IMG/VR virus record: IMGVR_UViG_3300043598_000004
Location: 155-64,154 of that record
Source of the DNA: a virus
Lineage: Duplodnaviria > Caudoviricetes
DNA length: 64,000 nucleotides
Reading direction: 5' to 3' (one strand)
Shown: piece after piece, positions 57,292 through 64,000 of the stretch
Position numbering within the stretch: the stretch's first letter is position 1
How the letters are laid out: the number at the start of each line of letters is the position of its first letter
Program-made: the position numbers and the translations under genes
Notes under the pieces: generated by a model
Seen by the model: the letters and a program-made list of their open reading frames with translations, nothing else
What the model was told of the DNA's origin: nothing
Database searches by the model: none

Positions 57292-57321
57292 AAAATGCCC
57301 TGGCCCCGCGAGGCCAAGGCA
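57292..57321 (-). terminator. Putative terminator/attenuator after SSB gene
   Basis: Minus-strand tgccttggcc-tcgcgg-ggccagggca-tttt. Confidence 0.55.
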
Positions 57322-57339
57322 AGCTCTCATGCCGGCGAT

Positions 57340-58011
57340 TTACATTTCGTCGTCGTCGTCGATGCCGTTCGATGCACCTTCGGTTTCAGGCAGGTTGTCC
57401 CATGCGTCGCTGTCGTCCACGGTGCCGCCGCCAAACGCCTTGTCGTCCTTCCAATGGATCACCGACACCATGCCGGCGCTCACGCGCTTGGGATAGGTCT
57501 TGGTCTTGCCCTTCACGTTGCCGTCGAAGAACCACGGACGCACCAGGACGTGCCCCCAACATCCCGAGAAAAACACGCGGTCGATCTCGGCAGATTCCAC
57601 CAGGATTTCACCGCGGCCGTTGCGGGCCTTCGGTCGATTCTTTTGCTCGCGCATGGAGATAAGCCAGTGGCCCGCCGCGATCTCGTCTTTCTTCCCGGTC
57701 TTTTGGATGATCTTTTGGTCACCGTCCGACATGCACCACTTGTCCATGGGCACCTGGAATTTGTTCTTGGCGCAAATCGCCTGAATGCATTCCTTCATCG
57801 CGTTCTTGGCCGCAAGGTGCGTTGCCTTGGGCAGCATGGCCGTCAATTGCCACGAGTAGGTTTTCTCGCCGGCTTCATTCGTTTCCTCTCGTTTCTCGCC
57901 AAGGTTGGCAAAGCTGAATCGCACCTTGTCGATGCGAAGCACGGGATTGCCCTCGCGATCGTTGAAGATGACGAAGTGTTCACCGCGTTTGATTTCAGTC
58001 AGGTCGGACAT
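57340..58011 (-). CDS. ssDNA-binding protein (DUF2815, T7 gp2.5-like), ends DDDDEM
   Basis: VRFSFA.L, DGD, FFSGCW, FGGG plus acidic tail; between nuclease and polymerase. Confidence 0.82.
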   Translation of the reverse strand: MSDLTEIKRGEHFVIFNDREGNPVLRIDKVRFSFANLGEKREETNEAGEKTYSWQLTAMLPKATHLAAKNAMKECIQAICAKNKFQVPMDKWCMSDGDQKIIQKTGKKDEIAAGHWLISMREQKNRPKARNGRGEILVESAEIDRVFFSGCWGHVLVRPWFFDGNVKGKTKTYPKRVSAGMVSVIHWKDDKAFGGGTVDDSDAWDNLPETEGASNGIDDDDEM

Positions 58012-58038
58012 GGTTAAAAGGTTCCTTCAGGTACAGGG

Positions 58039-59355
58039 TTAAAGGTCATCGGTTTCACAGTTTTCATCGAGCAAGTCCGCAAAGGCGATCTCACTCACAT
58101 CCACGATGGCGGGGCGCCGATCAGACGCATCCACCAACGTCGCCTTCCCCGGTGGCTTGTAGACCAACGGTTTCAGGATCTTCTCGATATCCGCAGCTGC
58201 GTGAACACCGTGCTTGCGCAACAGGCGTTCAACTTCAGCGGGACTCTCGATTGTTTCTTTCACAAGCTCCTCACGCTCGATGCCGTACGCGTCAAGCGCT
58301 TTAACGGCACGCTCAATATGGGTGAACTGTCTATGTGTTCGGCCCTCCACGAGCTTCTTTCCAGGCACAACTATTCCGTTGATGGCTCGCCGTGTCAATT
58401 CGTTGTGCAGCGCCTTCCACCAGCGCTCCACCATGGGCCTGAACTTCAGCATGAAAGCCATGTTCTCGACGCTGATGCGGTGCGGCTCCATGTACTTCGT
58501 GAAGATGCCGTCGTCCAGGCGTTGCTTCAGCGCTTCTTCCCGCTCCGGTGCGATCGGTTGGAACAGGTCTGCGAACGCCGCAGTAACGATGTCCTCTTGC
58601 ATTTGGATGTTCGCAGCGCAATCGGTCTTCACGCGGCAGAACAGGCATTGCTTCGACCCTGCGGTGCGTGGCGCATCGAGGCGCCAGGCCAAGTGCGCTC
58701 GCACCCTCGCGTACTCAGCCCATTCCAGTAGGAACTCACGCGTGATCGTCCACGTCTCGAAGATATCCATTCGAGGCTGAACGATGCGGATGTTGATCTC
58801 CTGGAAGTCGTAGAGCCAATCGAACTCATAGAAAAACCCAAGCGCATAGAGAAGCGCCTGAGTGTTGTTCTCGGCATGCACGGCATGACCCTTGCCGTAC
58901 TTGAAATCGGTGATCGTCAGCTTTTGCCACGAGCATGCAGCATGGTCCGCCGTGCCGCCCTGGTTGGGTATCGGCGTGATCGCGTCGTAGTAGACCTTCG
59001 TCTCGATGTAATGCTCACCGGGTATCCAGTCGCACGCATCGACGTACATCTGACAGTAGTCGAGCATCGTGTCAGTGATCTCGATGACGTGCCATTCGTC
59101 GCCGTTCTTGACGCGTTGCCTCGTGCCCACCAGTTGCTTCGGTTTCTTGTCGGTGCGCAGCCAGAGTTCGCAGACGCCATGGGCCACGGTGCCCTCAGCG
59201 GCATCAACCCCTGAATCATCTTTCGCGAGTATGTTCGCGATGAGTCCGCCTGAACAATTCAGCCACAGCGGCGAGCCCGATGCCGAGAAGATGCTGTGAG
59301 CACCATTCTTCAGCGACTCCGCAAGGGCAGAAAGGTTCAGACGGTGCTCGGTCAT
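58039..59355 (-). CDS. DUF2800 Cas4-like PD-(D/E)xK nuclease, ends TDDL
   Basis: HSIFSASG..W..C, EGTVAH, GTAD, DFKYGKG, NTQ..LYALG, C.FC. Confidence 0.88.
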   Translation of the reverse strand: MTEHRLNLSALAESLKNGAHSIFSASGSPLWLNCSGGLIANILAKDDSGVDAAEGTVAHGVCELWLRTDKKPKQLVGTRQRVKNGDEWHVIEITDTMLDYCQMYVDACDWIPGEHYIETKVYYDAITPIPNQGGTADHAACSWQKLTITDFKYGKGHAVHAENNTQALLYALGFFYEFDWLYDFQEINIRIVQPRMDIFETWTITREFLLEWAEYARVRAHLAWRLDAPRTAGSKQCLFCRVKTDCAANIQMQEDIVTAAFADLFQPIAPEREEALKQRLDDGIFTKYMEPHRISVENMAFMLKFRPMVERWWKALHNELTRRAINGIVVPGKKLVEGRTHRQFTHIERAVKALDAYGIEREELVKETIESPAEVERLLRKHGVHAAADIEKILKPLVYKPPGKATLVDASDRRPAIVDVSEIAFADLLDENCETDDL

Positions 59356-60014
59356 TACATGTCGCTGTCGCCGCCGCCGTTGCCCGCTTCGGCTTCGGTG
59401 ATCGCCGCTTCGAGGGCAGCGCACAACGCGTCGATGTTCGCGTCCGCGACTTCCTTCAGTTTCGCCGCCTTACCTGTTGCCGCGATGATGGCCTGCGTCT
59501 TTTCCTTGCCGCCGTTCGCGTCGCCGATCGTCTCGCGGTACTTGACGGCCAAGGCTGACATCTCCTCGCGGGTCCTGGTCGGCTTGACCACGGTCGCCGC
59601 AGGTTTGACTGCCGCCGTGGTTGTCTTCGTTGCTGCAGCACCAGCGGGCTTGCCGCCACCTAACAGGAGTGCTGCGGTGTTGGCTTCGACGGCCTTTGTC
59701 AGCGCCAGGACGCTATCTTCTAGAGACATTTGATTTTCCTTATCGGCCGGGTTTTGATCAGGTCGCCCGATGGCCAGTCGGTCGACCTGTTTGATTCGTT
59801 CCTTGAGGTTCTCAAGGAACCACTCCTGTTCGCTCTCATCGAGTTCAGCAAACATGCGTTTGATGCGATCGGCAACGTTGTGATGACCTTCGTAGTGAGC
59901 CTTAGCCAGGTTGAACGTGCTGATGAGCCCTTCACGCTGCCAACGACTATCACAGGCCGCGATGCGCTTTTGCAGCGCCTTCGCCTGCGGCGTTTCCTCG
60001 AAGGACTTCATCAA
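59355..60014 (-). CDS. Ala-rich hypothetical protein (probable internal start 59729), ends DSDM
   Basis: AAGGA RBS before MSLEDSVLAL; upstream 95 codons in frame. Confidence 0.7.
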   Translation of the reverse strand: MMKSFEETPQAKALQKRIAACDSRWQREGLISTFNLAKAHYEGHHNVADRIKRMFAELDESEQEWFLENLKERIKQVDRLAIGRPDQNPADKENQMSLEDSVLALTKAVEANTAALLLGGGKPAGAAATKTTTAAVKPAATVVKPTRTREEMSALAVKYRETIGDANGGKEKTQAIIAATGKAAKLKEVADANIDALCAALEAAITEAEAGNGGGDSDM

Positions 60015-60562
60015 TCGATCGGCTTGTCCACGTAGGGACCGAGATATGGAGGGGTCCAGCCTGCAGGCTTCATGATCTTGCCGTTGGCGTCATGCGTGGC
60101 AACACCACCGGGGCACTTCCTCGCATTGGCTTTGAGCACTGTGCTGATTGCGCCGAGCCACATCGGGGTTTGGTACATGATCGCCCCGAGGCTGACAACG
60201 GCAACATCGATGCTGCCATCGAGAAGTTTTTCACGGTTTCCACGCAGAACTGAACCGTGATGCTGATCAGCCTTGAATTCCTTGCCCCACGAATCCATCG
60301 TGGCTGCAAAGATTTCGATCCGAGCACGATCGGCGTGGGTAACGCAACCCTCCGAGATGGCTTCGAGAGTTTCCGCAAGCTCTTCGAGCATCATGCCGAC
60401 GTAGAAGCCGACACGGTTGGCATCGAAGTGGCCCGGTTTGACCAATGCCGCTCGCATGTTGAACTCGAAAACGCTCAAGACAAGCTCATTGCCTTCGGTG
60501 GGGATGTCGTTCAGCGTCACCCTGCCATGACTGTCCTGGTCTTGGACATGCTTTGTAGTCAT
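60011..60562 (-). CDS. MazG-like NTP pyrophosphohydrolase
   Basis: EELAE, LDG.ID, AN..K...D.NGKIMKP.GW.PP. Confidence 0.8.
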   Translation of the reverse strand: MTTKHVQDQDSHGRVTLNDIPTEGNELVLSVFEFNMRAALVKPGHFDANRVGFYVGMMLEELAETLEAISEGCVTHADRARIEIFAATMDSWGKEFKADQHHGSVLRGNREKLLDGSIDVAVVSLGAIMYQTPMWLGAISTVLKANARKCPGGVATHDANGKIMKPAGWTPPYLGPYVDKPID

Positions 60563-60606
60563 TTCGTATTCCTTCGTGGAGATTGAGGGATTGAAAGCGA
60601 GCCGCC

Positions 60607-60694
60607 AGTATAGACGACTTGTTTACGTCGTCAACTATCTTTTTCGCGGTGTTTCCTACTGTTTTTGACTTGCCGATGGTCCGAAGCATAGAAT
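60607..60694. promoter_or_regulatory. Divergent sigma70 promoters with candidate operator
   Basis: Minus TTGACG-16-TATACT (60634-60607) overlapping GACGAC-N8-GTCGTC; plus TTGACT-18-TAGAAT (60665-60694). Confidence 0.65.
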
Positions 60695-60733
60695 CCCGAG
60701 CTATCAACCCCTCCCACACCACAAGGACAAGCC

Positions 60734-61018
60734 ATGATATTCCCGCGATGGGTCAACAAACCCGGTACAACAAAGCAAGAGAAAGCTTCTAACCGGTTGC
60801 GATATCTGATCCTGCGCCTCGCGATCGACCTGGACAAGGATGCCACGTTGATGAAGGTCGCGGAGAAGGTGGGATTCTCCCACTCATACATCAGTTTTCA
60901 TATCACCAAGGGGTACTTTTCTGCATCCCTGGCCACGGCTTTCGAAGATACCTTCGGTCGCGAGCTTTGTCCTAACGAGTGGTTGCGTAATCCGCTCCTC
61001 ATACCAGTCACGAAGTGA
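60734..61018 (+). CDS. Cro/Xre-like HTH regulator
   Basis: LMKVAEKVGFSHSYIS; upstream of primase. Confidence 0.68.
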   Translation: MIFPRWVNKPGTTKQEKASNRLRYLILRLAIDLDKDATLMKVAEKVGFSHSYISFHITKGYFSASLATAFEDTFGRELCPNEWLRNPLLIPVTK

Positions 61019-63549
61019 CGACACGTCCGAATTCATCGGACGAATCCAAGCGTATCGACTTCCTGGCACTCCACGGTGCCAAGTTGCTCGACAACGGCTA
61101 TAGCATCGTACCGATCAGGCAGGGCGGCAAATCCCCCGACTTCGAGGGATGGGCGAAGGCGAAAGCCTCCAAGGAACAGTTGCGTGAGTGGCTCGACGGC
61201 GGGCACCGCAATGCAGGCGTGGGTATCCTGACCAAATACACCCCGGCCGTAGACCTTGATATCCGCGACCCCGACGTTGCGGCCCTCATGGTGACCTACG
61301 TGAAGGAGAAAATGGGCGGCACGCTCATGCGCATCGGGCAAGCTCCCAAAGCGCTCTTCTTCTTCAGAACGGATGTCCCCTTCAGGAAACGCCGAACCAC
61401 CGAACGCGAGGACGACTGGGGCTTGAAAAACCAGATCGAGGTCCTTGGTGAAGGTCAGCAAGCGGTGGCCTACCACCGGCATCCAGAGACGGGCAGGCCC
61501 TACACCTGGCCCGACTACGAAGAGAACCCCCTCGAAGTACGCCAGGCCGATCTCCCGACGATCACGCAAGAGATGATCGATGGGCTCTTTGCCTACTTCG
61601 AGGAGGTTTGCGACGGGCTCGGATGGGATATCAAGAAAGCTGCCAGGGGTAGTGCCAAGGCGATCAACCAGGACAACCCGTTTCTGGAAGACACCACGCC
61701 GGTCGACATGCCCGATGGTGAAATCTTCAACCAGCTGATGCTCGTTCCCGGCGCCGACGACTATGACGTGTGGTCGCAAATCGGCATGTGCCTCTATCAC
61801 CAGTGGGACGGTGCCGAGATCGGCAAGCAGTATTGGCACGAGTGGTCGGAGACGGCCGACAACTACGACCGGGAGGCTCTAGAAGACAAATGGAACAGCT
61901 TTTCCATCGATGGCAAGCTCCGGGCGCCAATCACCGTCCGATCGATCCTGAAATGGGCCGCTGAGGCTGTAGAGCGCACACGGCTCGAAGAGGGCAATCG
62001 TCTGCGCACCATGTTCGCAGCGGCACACGACATGGCGTCGTGGGACAAGGCACGAAAGGAAACTCAACATGCTGAAATCGACACCATCACGCGAGACGGC
62101 CTTGCTGCGATCGCGAAGGAAAGGCGGGACGCGATTACTGGTATCCGATCTTCGATCCAGACCATCCGTAAAGCGCTTGCTTTTGTCTATATCGCTCCGA
62201 AGGGTGACAAGATTCCGGGATGGGTTCGGCCCTACGTCTACGACATAAGCGACGATCGGTTCTTCGACACGGAAAGGAAGTACTCGGCGACCAAGCAAGG
62301 CTTCGATGCGATGCACGATCGCGAGGCGATGACGAAGAAGGACATCGTTGACGGTCGGAGTTCGCCATCGGATAACGCTTCCACGCTGGCGCTCAACTTC
62401 TTCAGGATCAGGGCAGTCCAGGGGCGACGCTACGAGCCAGGGCAGGACGAAATCTTCACGAACCTCGAAGGTACGTTCGCCAACAGCTACACCGAAAAGG
62501 AAATCCCGGCACTGCCCGAGCATCGGATACCAAGGGATGTCAAGAACGTCCAGAGGGTGAAGGATCACATCGCCCACTTGCTACCGCACGAGCACGAGCA
62601 ACGCATGTTCATTGACTGGCTCTCGTGGGTTGTTCAGAACCCCGGCAAGCACATGAACTATGCGATCCTGCTTCAAGGGGTCGAAGGTGACGGGAAGAGC
62701 TTCTTCGGGTCATTGATGCAGGCTGTAATGGGCATCTCCAACGTGACCATGTTGAACGCCCACATCTTCGAGTCAGACTTCACGGATTGGACAGTCGGTC
62801 AATGCCTGTCATGCGTCGAAGAGGTTCGCTTGATCAAGGTACACAACAAGTACGAAGTCTTGAACCGCATCAAACCCTTCGTCACCAACGACACCATCGA
62901 GGTACACCCCAAGGGAAAGCCAATTCACAATGCCAAGAACACCACGAGCTATCTACTGTTCTCGAATCACAAGGACGCCTTGCCATTGGATGATGATGGC
63001 CGGCGCTACCTGGTGCTTTTCAGCCAATGGCAAAGGCGGGTCGAGATTCGTGCCTTCAAGGATGCACACCCCCGCTATTACACCTTGCTGTATCAAACCT
63101 TCATCGAGTCACCGGGTGCCTTGCGTCAATGGTTGCTTGATCACCAGCAAGCGGCCAACTTCGATCCGACCGGCGATGCTCCTCAAACCAAGGCTCGCAA
63201 ATTCATGATTCGCCAAGCGAAGCCTGAGTTCATTCAGGAGTTGGATCAGGTGATCAGGGAAGACGAAACGCTATGCGCCTCAGAAGAGTTGGTCGACGTG
63301 ACTGCGCTTGCTGAAGTGTTCATGGCCAGGGGCTTTGATTGGCCGGCGCCGAAGACGCTTGGAACAATGATGACCAGGGATGGATATGAGGAGTTAGGAA
63401 AGGTAATGATCAATGGAACTCGTGACAGTTACTACTCCAAAAGCCCCCATTTGTTCCGCAAAACCTCTGGTGATGACGACGTGACAAATGCCTCGTTAAT
63501 ACGCGAATATTTAAGCGAACGTTCTGCCAAGATTGACGATGACCTTTAG
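61015..63549 (+). CDS. Primase-helicase (Prim-Pol, PriCT-2, SF3/DUF5906 ATPase), ends DDDL
   Basis: GYSIVPI, AVDLD, AYHRHP.TG.PY.W; DYDVW..IGM.L; GVEGDGKS, VEE, FSN, RRY. Confidence 0.9.
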   Translation: MTTRPNSSDESKRIDFLALHGAKLLDNGYSIVPIRQGGKSPDFEGWAKAKASKEQLREWLDGGHRNAGVGILTKYTPAVDLDIRDPDVAALMVTYVKEKMGGTLMRIGQAPKALFFFRTDVPFRKRRTTEREDDWGLKNQIEVLGEGQQAVAYHRHPETGRPYTWPDYEENPLEVRQADLPTITQEMIDGLFAYFEEVCDGLGWDIKKAARGSAKAINQDNPFLEDTTPVDMPDGEIFNQLMLVPGADDYDVWSQIGMCLYHQWDGAEIGKQYWHEWSETADNYDREALEDKWNSFSIDGKLRAPITVRSILKWAAEAVERTRLEEGNRLRTMFAAAHDMASWDKARKETQHAEIDTITRDGLAAIAKERRDAITGIRSSIQTIRKALAFVYIAPKGDKIPGWVRPYVYDISDDRFFDTERKYSATKQGFDAMHDREAMTKKDIVDGRSSPSDNASTLALNFFRIRAVQGRRYEPGQDEIFTNLEGTFANSYTEKEIPALPEHRIPRDVKNVQRVKDHIAHLLPHEHEQRMFIDWLSWVVQNPGKHMNYAILLQGVEGDGKSFFGSLMQAVMGISNVTMLNAHIFESDFTDWTVGQCLSCVEEVRLIKVHNKYEVLNRIKPFVTNDTIEVHPKGKPIHNAKNTTSYLLFSNHKDALPLDDDGRRYLVLFSQWQRRVEIRAFKDAHPRYYTLLYQTFIESPGALRQWLLDHQQAANFDPTGDAPQTKARKFMIRQAKPEFIQELDQVIREDETLCASEELVDVTALAEVFMARGFDWPAPKTLGTMMTRDGYEELGKVMINGTRDSYYSKSPHLFRKTSGDDDVTNASLIREYLSERSAKIDDDL

Positions 63550-63574
63550 CTCGGGTCCGACCACTTGACCACTT

Positions 63575-63596
63575 GCCACCTTCGGGTGGCTTTTTT
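63575..63596 (+). terminator. Rho-independent terminator
   Basis: gccacc-ttcg-ggtggc-T6. Confidence 0.9.
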
Positions 63597-63603
63597 CTGC
63601 CCC

Positions 63604-63759
63604 GTCCGTTCTTATTGTCCTGATAAGTCAGCTTTGTCTTGATATTTACTAGATTGACTACGCACGTGCGGAAAAAAACAACTTACAAAAAAATCCTGAC
63701 GAACCCGATATGTCCGTTTTTCAGGACAAAGCTGACTTATCAGGACAATAAGAACGGAC
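63604..63759. repeat. 39-bp inverted repeat (63604-63642 / 63721-63759) around an A-tract spacer
   Basis: gtccgttcttattgtcctgataagtcagctttgtc(t/c)tga, 38/39 match. Confidence 0.95.
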
Positions 63760-63762
63760 TGC

Positions 63763-63832
63763 CATCTCTAGAGAAGTCGGCCATCTCTAGAGTTAATTCG
63801 ACCCCGACCTGGTGCCCTGGTCATCTCTAGAG
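63763..63832. repeat. Three CATCTCTAGAG boxes (63763, 63782, 63822)
   Basis: Seen directly; core CTCTAGAG is palindromic. Confidence 0.85.
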
Positions 63833-63837
63833 AATAA

Positions 63838-63950
63838 AGCGCTATGTTTGACAGGATATGGCGAGCGCTATGTTTGGCAGGATATGGCGACCTCGAGATT
63901 TGTTCGAACATATCGACGGGTTGAGCGCTATGTTTTGCCGGATATAACGG
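63838..63950 (+). repeat. Three ~26-bp direct repeats (63838, 63864, 63924)
   Basis: agcgctatgtttgacaggatatggcg / agcgctatgtttggcaggatatggcg / agcgctatgttttgccggatataacg. Confidence 0.9.
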
Positions 63951-63988
63951 GGCAGCCTGACAGCTTTCATGACTTTTCGCCAACCGGG

Positions 63989-64000
63989 GCTCTGCGCCCT
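63989..64000 (-). other. Putative cohesive end (cos) AGGGCGCAGAGC
   Basis: 10/12 match to the Chi cohesive end as recalled (GGTGCGCAGAGC); gpA-type terminase; sequence stops here. Confidence 0.65.

Larger units (their letters stand above)
1..64000. mobile_element. Tailed dsDNA phage genome (Chi/Nazgul-like siphovirus), left end truncated
   Basis: Full set of lambda-like head, tail, lysis and replication genes; order primase | nuclease-SSB-polymerase-VRR-NUC-helicase-terminase-portal-capsid-tail is that of Chi-like phages; no host housekeeping genes. Confidence 0.93.

Noticed and set aside
58039-59355. Cas4 of a CRISPR system
   Set aside because: Standalone DUF2800 nuclease in its usual phage replication context
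21681-60586. Numerous long plus-strand ORFs opposite structural and replication genes
   Set aside because: Shadow ORFs expected at this GC content; no RBS or motif support
11507-63549. DDEL as a eukaryotic ER-retention (KDEL-type) signal
   Set aside because: Carriers are cytoplasmic phage proteins without signal peptides in a bacterial virus; the resemblance is taken as coincidental
63838-63950. Mini CRISPR array
   Set aside because: First two repeats abut with no spacer, third is degenerate, no cas operon
1-64000. tRNA genes, stop-codon reassignment or DNA-modification cluster
   Set aside because: No cloverleaf noticed by eye, core genes are intact in the standard code with all three stops used, and no modification enzymes recognised

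Overview
The window is essentially one phage genome (no host DNA recognised): a cos-type siphovirus with Chi/BcepNazgul-like (Casjensviridae-like) organisation, seen in reverse. It runs off the left edge mid-gene and ends at base 64000 on a 12-mer resembling the Chi cohesive end. Layout: (1) 1-4570, minus-strand, lower-GC cluster of small unknown genes; (2) 4571-5260, repeat-rich divergent control region; (3) 5261-21670, plus-strand accessory arm (ASCH/DUF3850, RdgC, NADAR, two exported proteins, DEDDh exonuclease, ParB-like); (4) 21642-60562, minus-strand arm with MazG-like pyrophosphatase, DUF2800 nuclease, SSB, family-B-like DNA polymerase, VRR-NUC, SNF2 helicase, lambda-like terminase/portal/capsid, tail, lysis and a second fibre module; (5) 60734-63549, HTH protein and primase-helicase, then an inverted-repeat/tandem-repeat terminal region. 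No integrase, tRNA, rRNA or CRISPR array was seen. Top finding: 11 unrelated proteins end in exactly D-E-L (mostly DDEL) and about 8 more end in close variants, written with varied synonymous codons and concentrated on DNA replication, recombination and packaging proteins. This suggests a shared C-terminal tag. Product calls come from motif recognition and synteny, not database searches; several starts were moved from the ORF track to better-supported internal codons.
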